Of a stretch of 31,392 nucleotides of DNA, positions 1 to 7,452 are shown one piece after another. Numbering within the stretch: the first letter of the stretch is position 1; each line of letters starts with the position of its first letter. Origin of the DNA: a virus. Its lineage: Duplodnaviria > Caudoviricetes. The stretch lies in the IMG/VR virus record IMGVR_UViG_3300012943_000050, positions 1 to 31,392 of that record, one strand, 5' to 3'. A program made the position numbers and the translations under genes. The notes under the pieces are model-generated. The model had not been told where the DNA came from. It saw nothing but the letters and a program-made list of their open reading frames with translations, and searched no databases.

Positions 1-2387
1 ATCTTCGGCGCCGCCGGAACAAAGAATTTCCGCCCGTGGATTTCAGTTTCCTCTTCCATTACCGCCTTGATTTCCTTGATCTTGTGCAGGTGGTCTTTGT
101 GGATGAGAAAGACGAGACTATCATGGACTTGAAGCAAAAAGAGAACGGTCTTACCGTCGTCAAGTCCAGAATAGAAAATCTTGCGGAGTGATCGGTTAGC
201 ATTGCCCGCGGTGCCGCCTTGACCGTAGAATGCACAAAGTTCCCGTTGCGTTGCATGGTCATCCATATCCCCAAGGAATTTCCTTGTCATTCCATACGCG
301 CAAGTTGCGAGATTATTGTTTGCCTTTGCTTGGGCGACAACTTCTTCTTGCCACGGGCGGATACGTTTATAAATGCCTTTACTAGGGTGGTCATATTTAT
401 CACAGAGATAGGCGCAAATTCCAATGAGTTCTTTGTCAGTATAACGCGCTGCTTTTTCATGCCCAAGTGCGAGTGCCGTTGCAACTGCCGCCTCCCGTCC
501 CATGAGATTGTACATCATCGTGGGCTGCATCATAAAGTTTTTGCCGTGGGTGATTTTCTTTGAAATCTGGCGGACACCGACAATGGCATCGGTCACCCAG
601 CTTTCGTGGTTTTTCTTGCCTTTGACAATTTCCTCATAGTTTTTTGAAAAGAAAATTGCCGCATGGTGTGAATGTGTGTCCTTGCCGCTTTTCAGGAGCG
701 CGATCTTTTCTGGGTCTTCGCATTCGTGTGCAATGTAATAGTCGTCTGATGCTGACCAGTCAATTTCAACGAGTACATATCCGGGGTCAGCAACGAGGAA
801 TTCTTTGACTTCGGGCTGCCAATTTTGAGTATTGCGTCCGGTCCAAAATTGACATTTTCCCGAATTAAAACGACCGGTGGTTGTGGCGGCGGTGCCATGG
901 AAAGACAAGTACCTAGCACCTTTGTAGAACAATTTCCGAGGGTCCCCAAAGTTCGATAGGAGCGTTGCGGGTTCTTTCGCTTTTTCAAGTCGCTTGATAA
1001 AGTTGTTAATAATGACATTGTTTTGCTCCTTGATTAGTTTGAGAACCTTTTCATCGGTTGATCTTGGGCCGTACTTGGAATTCTTTCGTGCCTGCAACCG
1101 CGTAGGTTTTGCCCCCAAAACATCATAGAGAAACCATGGAACATCCTTCGTCGAACGAAGATTGAAATCCGGCTCTCCCGTCAATGCCCGAATGTCTTTT
1201 TCCCCGGCATCAGCGAGACGAATTCTCTCATGCATGATTTGAGAATGACGATCAAAGTTCGGGCGAAAACCACGCAATGAAGCAGCAAGAGCAGGACCAA
1301 CAGCCAACGAAAATTCCACGTTATAGTTGTGAATAGCGTACTTAAAACTAGCCAGACGATCGAGCAACTCACACATTCCCAAAAAAGTATAGTAGGTATC
1401 CAGGCCATTGTAGCGCCAATACCTTTCAAGGTCCTTGCGAGTTTTTCCATAACCATCTTCGGCAACTCCCTTGCTGTCATCTTTCCAATAGATATAACAG
1501 TCACAGAAATACGACGCGATGTTGTGAAGTGCTTTGGGGGCCTCACACCAAATCGCGTGCATTAGGTTCTGGGTATCGACAAGGTAATTTACGAGAGGCA
1601 TTCCTTCTTTGATGAAGTATGCGCAATCGTAGGGGCCGTTTTGCAAGGCCTTAATAGCATCGCATTGATGCAGGGTATTCAAAAGAATTCTGACTTTGCG
1701 CTCGGTTTCAAAATCCGCCCAATAGCATCCGAGATTGTCATCGTCTCGTTCTACAAAGGGATCAAAAAACGGAACGCAAACTGTTTCAAGAATGCTGTTT
1801 CGCCCCACAAAGGTATACGAAACACAAGAGATAAACCCACCCTTGGTTTCTGTGTCAATTGCAATGGCAGGTGATTGCATCGCATCGACGACGAATTCTT
1901 GAACATCACCGAGGTTCTTTACTACTCGGAAATTGAAATTGGGTTCTTTCTTTATTCGCCCGGTGGCGTATCTGACGATTTTCGCCAGGTCCCATTGCAA
2001 GATAAATTTCGCTGTGAGTTGTGTATAGATCGACGCTAAACGATCCAAGACAATCACAGGAATACCGTTGTAGCGATACGTCGATCCTCTTACAGCTGCC
2101 AGAGTATAGGGCCATCCGGTAATTGCTCTCAGCGTTGGTTCGTCGTTCACGACTATAAGATTTGGCCGCAAAGCATTTGTCGTTTGTTGAAGCTCATGCA
2201 ATGCGGCGCTAAGATTGATCTTGCTTGGAATAGATTTTTTCGGATAATTTCCCAGGTTCGGCACTTTGTTGTGCAAACTCGTAAAGAGGATATCCGTAGC
2301 TTTAACCCCATGCCGAGCAAGACTTCTAATCAGCATCGCTTTGGTGCCGCTGGAATACCCCGATTTCCCAGTCAACCAAAGTATCAT
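1..2387 (-). CDS. polA: Family A DNA polymerase with 3'-5' exonuclease and N-terminal degenerate UDG-like domain (3' end truncated by window edge)
   Basis: Not in the ORF track. Manual translation from ATG at 2387 (AAGGA upstream) is open through base 1 (~795 codons). ExoI AIDTET, ExoII QNGPYD, ExoIII YNGLD, FNLRS, STDEKVL, TTTGRFNS, NTQN, motif A DWSASDDY, motif B RQISKKITHGKNF, motif C LLQVHDS. Confidence 0.96.
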   Translation of the reverse strand, partial: MILWLTGKSGYSSGTKAMLIRSLARHGVKATDILFTSLHNKVPNLGNYPKKSIPSKINLSAALHELQQTTNALRPNLIVVNDEPTLRAITGWPYTLAAVRGSTYRYNGIPVIVLDRLASIYTQLTAKFILQWDLAKIVRYATGRIKKEPNFNFRVVKNLGDVQEFVVDAMQSPAIAIDTETKGGFISCVSYTFVGRNSILETVCVPFFDPFVERDDDNLGCYWADFETERKVRILLNTLHQCDAIKALQNGPYDCAYFIKEGMPLVNYLVDTQNLMHAIWCEAPKALHNIASYFCDCYIYWKDDSKGVAEDGYGKTRKDLERYWRYNGLDTYYTFLGMCELLDRLASFKYAIHNYNVEFSLAVGPALAASLRGFRPNFDRHSQIMHERIRLADAGEKDIRALTGEPDFNLRSTKDVPWFLYDVLGAKPTRLQARKNSKYGPRSTDEKVLKLIKEQNNVIINNFIKRLEKAKEPATLLSNFGDPRKLFYKGARYLSFHGTAATTTGRFNSGKCQFWTGRNTQNWQPEVKEFLVADPGYVLVEIDWSASDDYYIAHECEDPEKIALLKSGKDTHSHHAAIFFSKNYEEIVKGKKNHESWVTDAIVGVRQISKKITHGKNFMMQPTMMYNLMGREAAVATALALGHEKAARYTDKELIGICAYLCDKYDHPSKGIYKRIRPWQEEVVAQAKANNNLATCAYGMTRKFLGDMDDHATQRELCAFYGQGGTAGNANRSLRKIFYSGLDDGKTVLFLLQVHDSLVFLIHKDHLHKIKEIKAVMEEETEIHGRKFFVPAAPK

Positions 2388-2408
2388 TTTCTTTTCCTTG
2401 TGAAAAGA

Positions 2409-2491
2409 TGGGGGAAGCCAACAGGAGCTACTGTGAACTTCCCCCACCAACCTCGGTTGTCGAGAAGGATAGGGACCGAGGCTATGCGAAT
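2409..2491 (-). terminator. Two tandem hairpins downstream of the SSB gene, the second followed by a U-rich run
   Basis: Minus strand: CCTCGGT...ACCGAGG, then TGGGGGAAG...CTTCCCCCA followed by TCTTTT. Confidence 0.55.
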
Positions 2492-3073
2492 TTACGCAAC
2501 TGCTTGTGCAACCGAAGATGCTTCGGCGCGACCAAGCGGCTTGATCTTGTTACGGACGATATTGACATAGATTTTGTCCGCATCATTCGGGTCTTTCCTA
2601 TGCCCGATTGGAGCCTGAAAACGAATGCCGGCACAGGCATCAAGAATGCCAGGCTTTCCAGCGACACCGCCGAGCGGTCCTTTGTCAGCCTGGCCGCCGA
2701 TATCCTTCACAAAGGCTTTGATATAGCCGATGGATTTCTGGTCAGAAACAAAGAACGTTTCACGATGTTCGCGCCCAATCAACTTGGTTGGATCGCCTTC
2801 CGGTGCATCGTTGTTGTCCGCAAGTGCGAGAACGTCGAGAACAGTTTGGGTGAAAATCGCCGCAGCTTTTTTCTTGCCTTCCTTGTTTTCAATCGTTCCG
2901 AAATGCGGAGGTTTTTCCGAAGACACTTCCAGCACATAAACGCCGCGAGGAAGGGAAGAAAACCGCTGTTCAGCAATCCCTTCCAAATCCACACCCGCCA
3001 AATCGGCAAGGGAGATTTCTTCGCCGCCTTCAATGATAACCATGTCTTCTGGTTTTACGCCTTCTTGTGACAT
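2492..3073 (-). CDS. Putative single-stranded DNA-binding protein (DUF669-like)
   Basis: 193 aa. LPRGVYVLEV motif and beta-rich OB-fold-like pattern. Lies directly downstream of the Sak4-like ATPase and upstream of the polymerase. Confidence 0.6.
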   Translation of the reverse strand: MSQEGVKPEDMVIIEGGEEISLADLAGVDLEGIAEQRFSSLPRGVYVLEVSSEKPPHFGTIENKEGKKKAAAIFTQTVLDVLALADNNDAPEGDPTKLIGREHRETFFVSDQKSIGYIKAFVKDIGGQADKGPLGGVAGKPGILDACAGIRFQAPIGHRKDPNDADKIYVNIVRNKIKPLGRAEASSVAQAVA

Positions 3074-3120
3074 TTGATTTTCCTTTGAGTTTGACTTTTA
3101 CTGACTGACGAGGCCACTTA

Positions 3121-3181
3121 GAAAAACCAGAGAGGTTTGGTTCGCACCTGTTTACCGAACAGCCAATCCTCTCTGGTTTTC
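3121..3181 (-). promoter_or_regulatory. Long hairpin (terminator or RNA processing stem)
   Basis: AAAACCAGAGAGG (13 nt) pairs perfectly with CCTCTCTGGTTTT, with an inner TTCG/CGAA stem. Confidence 0.65.
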
Positions 3182-3191
3182 ATCTTTCTTA

Positions 3192-3296
3192 AGGTACACA
3201 GTGGCTAAACAATATACCCCAAGTCTGTGGTGAGCGACAATCCACTTACGCTCATTCAGCTAATCGTCGTCGTAGTGGTATACCATTGTACCCTCC
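3192..3296 (-). ncRNA. Candidate structured RNA element (nested stems)
   Basis: Nested complementary pairs GGTACA/TGTACC, TATACC/GGTATA and TGAGCG/CGCTCA in a 247-bp intergenic gap of an otherwise tightly packed operon. Confidence 0.35.
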
Positions 3297-3320
3297 TATT
3301 TTTGGCGCCCTTGGCATTCC

Positions 3321-4361
3321 TCAGGAAAGACCTTTGATACGCGACGCAAGACCTCCTGACGAAACTATTGCTGGTTTGGCGGGAACTACTTCTGCTTTTG
3401 CCGCACCATTTCCCAGCGATGAAATTGTTTGTTTGGAGCCCAAGGCAATTGGTTTTACCTGGGCGACTTCTTGGATAACGCCCTTTGGAATGAATTCAGC
3501 CCCGAGATTTTTCGCTCCGCTTGGGGTTGACCCAAGTTTTTCAAACAGCTTGGAGATTGGAAATTCTTCCATCTTCAAATGTCCAGCGTCAAAATGACGA
3601 CTTCCGCCCATACGATCTTGTGAACCGCTGGTTCGAATATAATACGCGGTATCGGACATTTTCTCAAAGAAGAACACATCGGAAAAGAAATCCGCGAGTT
3701 TGGCCCCGTGCGGTCCGGTGCTTGAAATTGGTTGAGTTGTCTGGGAAAGGATTGTCTTTTGGTCTTTTGACCGCTTTTCATAAACTGTCGCATGACCAAT
3801 GACAATGACATGACAAGGAAATGCCGAGAGCGATTTCAGGACAAAATCGAGAAACCGCCCCTGGAAACCATAGCCGTCCCATTCAACTTTCGCCGCATCG
3901 GCAAGATCAATGGAATGTTCTTTGGCGAATTGAAAAAGTGTGCTCGCCGCCAGACGTGTCCAACTGTCAATGATAACTACGTCATTGGACGTGAATTTCG
4001 GCGGTTCGATTTTAACAAATGTGTGTTCGGAATTTCTCAGCCCCAGGACGATTTGTTTGTCTTGTTCATCCCAGGTAAATCCTGTGGTTCCTGCCTTGCA
4101 AAACCGCGCCATGAATGAAGCGAAAACAGCACGTTCAAAGGTATCCACAACATTGATTGTGAGTACCCGTTTCCGTGCTTCTTCGCTCAGAATTCCCGGC
4201 TGGTACAAAATGTGCGCGCCGTCGTCACCGTCAATGTGAAAAACATTGAAACCGGCCTCCGCGGCTTTTACCGCCCACGTTGTTTTCTTGGTTTTTCCTT
4301 TTCCGTACAGCAAAATACGGCCAAGGCGACCACCTTCCGATGGCTGATCTAGCATAGGCAT
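3321..4361 (-). CDS. AAA_24/Sak4-like P-loop ATPase (putative ssDNA annealing recombinase)
   Basis: 346 aa. N-terminal ILLYGKGKTKKTT (variant Walker A), VVIIDSWT (Walker B), VIVIGH and FFSDVFFF. Adjacent to the SSB-like gene. Confidence 0.8.
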   Translation of the reverse strand: MPMLDQPSEGGRLGRILLYGKGKTKKTTWAVKAAEAGFNVFHIDGDDGAHILYQPGILSEEARKRVLTINVVDTFERAVFASFMARFCKAGTTGFTWDEQDKQIVLGLRNSEHTFVKIEPPKFTSNDVVIIDSWTRLAASTLFQFAKEHSIDLADAAKVEWDGYGFQGRFLDFVLKSLSAFPCHVIVIGHATVYEKRSKDQKTILSQTTQPISSTGPHGAKLADFFSDVFFFEKMSDTAYYIRTSGSQDRMGGSRHFDAGHLKMEEFPISKLFEKLGSTPSGAKNLGAEFIPKGVIQEVAQVKPIALGSKQTISSLGNGAAKAEVVPAKPAIVSSGGLASRIKGLS

Positions 4362-4388
4362 TTTGAAAAATTCCCTTCTCGTCCAGAG

Positions 4389-4417
4389 AGCCTATCACAT
4401 CCTGACTTGTTTGTCAA
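4389..4417 (-). promoter_or_regulatory. Sigma70-type promoter for the ATPase-SSB-polymerase operon
   Basis: Minus strand TTGACA-17 nt-TAGGCT with an extended -10 TGn, in the intergenic gap just upstream of the ATPase start. Confidence 0.75.
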
Positions 4418-4447
4418 GAGGTGAACAAAAATTATTCTGGGGATTGT

Positions 4448-4675
4448 TTAGATTTTGGGCGGTTTCGCGTACAATTCCTCACGAATTCTGCTCAAAACAT
4501 TTTCAATCCACCATTCATAGGTTTCAATGTCAGGATAGACTTGCGAATTTGTTCGTTTCATAACGACAAAATCCGCTTCAACTTGTGCAAGAGCGCGAAG
4601 AAGAAACCCAAAGAATTGCACCCGTCGTAAGAGAATGCCTTTAGCCCGCTTTCTTCGATCAACTTCACAAGTCAT
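4448..4675 (-). CDS. Hypothetical protein
   Basis: Start moved to ATG 4675 (GAGGA upstream). 75 aa, packs with neighbouring genes. Confidence 0.6.
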   Translation of the reverse strand: MTCEVDRRKRAKGILLRRVQFFGFLLRALAQVEADFVVMKRTNSQVYPDIETYEWWIENVLSRIREELYAKPPKI

Positions 4676-4685
4676 TTGTTTTTCC

Positions 4686-5060
4686 TCAAAGCTGGCGGTA
4701 TTTGAAACTTTCGGGAATATCGTCATGGGGATCAAGCCTCAGAGCCACGCGTTGACGGTTCACAACATCCCAATATTTACACATTTCAGCGATTGGAACG
4801 CAATGTTGTCTTGCAATTCCTTCAAACAATTCTCGTGGATGGAACCCAATCGAAGGATCATCTTCGAGAACCATATTTTCTTTGTGCTTCCGATACGCTC
4901 CGCTGACAACACAAAAGTAGTGCCACAGCGCATGAGCCGCCGGTTCTCGCGGCAAAACACCATATTCTTGGGTTTGCAGAAGTTCATTGAAATAAGGAGC
5001 AACCATTGTGATGTGGCGCCCCGGCGAAATTTCAAACCGAATGTGCCTTTCAACCGGCAT
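4686..5060 (-). CDS. Hypothetical protein
   Basis: 124 aa, GGAG upstream, operon packing. Confidence 0.7.
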   Translation of the reverse strand: MPVERHIRFEISPGRHITMVAPYFNELLQTQEYGVLPREPAAHALWHYFCVVSGAYRKHKENMVLEDDPSIGFHPRELFEGIARQHCVPIAEMCKYWDVVNRQRVALRLDPHDDIPESFKYRQL

Positions 5061-5352
5061 GGGAAGGTCTCCTTGGTTTGGGGTGGAAATGACGTTTTGG
5101 CTTTATATACGGATTACAGCGCCATATTCTGCGACCGACAACGCAATAGTCTTTGCCGATATTCACTTCAATTGCCCCATCCGTGCAAGCTGCATTTACC
5201 TGCATATAAAGCCGCAGATAGGTTCTTGCTATTGTATACGTCGGACATCCTCCGAGAATTGTCACAGGAACTTTCGCCCCGTGCTGAGCAATCCGAACAC
5301 GAAATTCCCCGTACCGTGTCCGTTTAATCTTTGCTTTTAGGAAATGCTCCAT
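5050..5352 (-). CDS. Hypothetical protein (start uncertain)
   Basis: Fills the gap between neighbouring minus-strand ORFs. ATG 5352 minimises overlap. Confidence 0.5.
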   Translation of the reverse strand: MEHFLKAKIKRTRYGEFRVRIAQHGAKVPVTILGGCPTYTIARTYLRLYMQVNAACTDGAIEVNIGKDYCVVGRRIWRCNPYIKPKRHFHPKPRRPSHAG

Positions 5353-5599
5353 TGTCAGCGATGAATTGCCGGACAGTATCTTCGCTTCCAACGAAGTGAG
5401 GGCTAAGCCCACGGCTCCAGAAAGTGACAAAGACCCGTCCTTTTTCATTGATTTGTTTAAGCTCATCTTGAGTTAACTCCCAACAGACTGTGATGTTTGT
5501 TCCATTGTCATGAACTGCAAGAGGCACAACACGTTCTTCTTCTCCCGGAGGCGCTTTGAAGATACGATTGCACCCAATAAATCCAATTCCAGAGCCCAT
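5324..5599 (-). CDS. Hypothetical phage protein
   Basis: 91 aa. WELTQDELKQINEKGRVFVTFW resembles a common small phage ORF family (recalled, not searched). Confidence 0.7.
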   Translation of the reverse strand: MGSGIGFIGCNRIFKAPPGEEERVVPLAVHDNGTNITVCWELTQDELKQINEKGRVFVTFWSRGLSPHFVGSEDTVRQFIADNGAFPKSKD

Positions 5600-5605
5600 G
5601 ACAAT

Positions 5606-5884
5606 TCACGGCAAATTTTTCAAACGCCAAGAAACCATTTCTTGGGCACATTGAAATGCTTCATCTGCCTTGGCCGGATTGGGTTCCGCGGGCAGTCGGC
5701 TGACCAAACCCAAAAGGTTCTTGAAATGAACTCTTGCATTGTGTTGATCGCCTCTTTCAAGAGCGGACCAAATGGCGACAAGAGACGATGCCCGTTTATC
5801 GCGCGCTAAAAGAACAAACATCGGTTCATCCGGCGCGGCTTTTTTGTAGCAATCGTATTTGCCGGGGTTAAGTTTCGTGGCCAT
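5606..5884 (-). CDS. Conserved hypothetical phage protein (PDEPMFVLLARD type)
   Basis: ATG 5884 with AAGGAG upstream. 92 aa. Confidence 0.8.
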   Translation of the reverse strand: MATKLNPGKYDCYKKAAPDEPMFVLLARDKRASSLVAIWSALERGDQHNARVHFKNLLGLVSRLPAEPNPAKADEAFQCAQEMVSWRLKNLP

Positions 5885-5885
5885 T

Positions 5886-6122
5886 TCACTTTCTCCTTGT
5901 TTCCACCGGCACAGCCTCGCGCCAGTACGGTTCAATTTTTCCTTTCAAAACCGTTCCGTCATTTTTCTTTGCCGTTCCGGTTTCGACATTGTATCCTCTC
6001 AGACTTGTCCCCATATCTTCGCCGTTTATTCTCACACCAATTCGACGGCAAAGCTCGATGTTAAATCGACTGACAACAAGTCTTTGCGGCAACGGTTCAT
6101 CCGAGATACATTCGATTGACAT
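5886..6122 (-). CDS. Hypothetical protein
   Basis: ATG 6122 preferred. 78 aa, abuts the next gene. Confidence 0.6.
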   Translation of the reverse strand: MSIECISDEPLPQRLVVSRFNIELCRRIGVRINGEDMGTSLRGYNVETGTAKKNDGTVLKGKIEPYWREAVPVETRRK

Positions 6123-6282
6123 CTTCTTCTCGTTTTCTTTGTTCCCGTTCCCACTTGGTTCGTTCTTTGTTGCTGTCACAGAAAGGTTCGTAGAGGCATT
6201 CCTCGACATACCTTCCACAGTTGACGCAAGGGCTAAAATCCCCATCGCCAAATTCATGCGGTTTTTGTGCATCATTGGTCAT
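6097..6282 (-). CDS. Small Cys-containing hypothetical protein
   Basis: MTNDAQKPHEF...CVNC...C...C, 61 aa. Confidence 0.5.
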   Translation of the reverse strand: MTNDAQKPHEFGDGDFSPCVNCGRYVEECLYEPFCDSNKERTKWEREQRKREEDVNRMYLG

Positions 6283-6287
6283 TGCCT

Positions 6288-6809
6288 TCACTTTCTTCCA
6301 CATTGAAGATTTCGACACCCTTGTTCGGCGCCAACAGGACAAACACATCCGCGTTGGATAATATGAGAAGGCCAGCGGAATTCAGGCATTTCAGTAATCA
6401 CACGACGAATATCGTCTGGAAGATTACCTTGGGCTTGATTGTGCATTTTCCGATTGGTTTCAATTTGATGTTGAATTCCAATCGTTCGACTATCTATGCT
6501 TTCTAATTCGTTTGACAATTTACGCAAACGATTTTCGTGATTTTCTCCACCACTTTCCACTTGTGCAAGTCGATCAAAAGCAATTTCCAGCTTCTGATTT
6601 AACTCCACCAGCCTGTTGTCAAAATTCGCCTGTTCGCCTTTGATTTCCGAAAGTTCGGCCCGCTGCGCATCAATGCTTTCTATATTAGATTTGATGCCGT
6701 CAACATAAGCAGCAGTAGTAACATCAAGCTTTGTATTAAGCCTTTCCAATTCGGATTTAGCATCGAATTTTTCCTTCTTCGATGCGGGGGTTTTAGTTGA
6801 CTTGCTCAT
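6288..6809 (-). CDS. Coiled-coil hypothetical protein
   Basis: ATG 6809 with AGGAG upstream. Long heptad-like central region and Cys-rich C-terminus. Confidence 0.75.
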   Translation of the reverse strand: MSKSTKTPASKKEKFDAKSELERLNTKLDVTTAAYVDGIKSNIESIDAQRAELSEIKGEQANFDNRLVELNQKLEIAFDRLAQVESGGENHENRLRKLSNELESIDSRTIGIQHQIETNRKMHNQAQGNLPDDIRRVITEMPEFRWPSHIIQRGCVCPVGAEQGCRNLQCGRK

Positions 6810-7272
6810 GCCACAGTCTCCTGATTTTTCCATCTTTCCATTCAACAAGGCCCTTTTCATGAAGCAGGTAGTTTTTAACCGTCCATTCGCCACGGTTAGG
6901 TATTGATGTGAATTCCCACGGGACTTCTCGAAGAATTTTCTTTTCATCCTCAGAAATTTCCGGTGGGATTTTCAACAACCGACAGGCCTCTTCAATGATC
7001 GGTTTTTGAATGAGAGGATCAACAGGCAATTCAACCCGATTTCCATCAACATACCATTCACGTTCAGTTGTTCGTGATTTTCTGTAAGAACGGTCTATGA
7101 ATTTTAATCGACGAATTTGTTTACACCGATAGGTATAAAAGAACATATCAGGGCCGTGCCCGTGTTGTGCTTCTATAAATGAACAGTGTTTTGTGATATA
7201 ATCATAAGTTAATTCCACATGTTCGTGCGGAGTACCGTAGAACTCACATCCTTCGTCTTCACAAGTTTTCAT
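6793..7272 (-). CDS. Hypothetical protein
   Basis: 159 aa, GGAG upstream. Confidence 0.75.
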   Translation of the reverse strand: MKTCEDEGCEFYGTPHEHVELTYDYITKHCSFIEAQHGHGPDMFFYTYRCKQIRRLKFIDRSYRKSRTTEREWYVDGNRVELPVDPLIQKPIIEEACRLLKIPPEISEDEKKILREVPWEFTSIPNRGEWTVKNYLLHEKGLVEWKDGKIRRLWHEQVN

Positions 7273-7287
7273 TTGTTTTTTCTCCCG

Positions 7288-7452
7288 CTAAACACGATTA
7301 TGATCGCTGGGGCCAGAATGATAATTATTGCCGTCACCATTGCTATATCTGGGTTCATTTGGAGCCTCTTCTTTGAAGTTGAGAAACAACAGTCCACAAA
7401 GCCATAGCCCAATCCAGAGCCAAAGCGGCCAAAGTTCAAACAGCGTTTCCAT
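7288..7452 (-). CDS. Small Trp-rich membrane protein (54 aa)
   Basis: Not in the ORF track. AAGGAGG 6 nt before ATG. METLFELWPLWLWIGLWLCGLLFLNFKEEAPNEPRYSNGDGNNYHSGPSDHNRV. Confidence 0.6.
   Translation of the reverse strand: METLFELWPLWLWIGLWLCGLLFLNFKEEAPNEPRYSNGDGNNYHSGPSDHNRV

Noticed and set aside
59-2115. Fragmented short ORFs suggesting a pseudogene, intron or recoded region
   Set aside because: A single uninterrupted minus-strand frame (PolA) covers 2387 to the window edge. The track omitted it, apparently because no stop codon is in the window.
3153-3287. TAG stop-codon reassignment suggested by the mini-ORF
   Set aside because: TAG terminates terL (18903) and the 188-aa gene (9358) exactly before the next gene, and all long genes are intact in the standard code.
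3074-3320. tRNA gene in the large intergenic gap
   Set aside because: No cloverleaf with correctly spaced D and T arms or a CCA end could be built.
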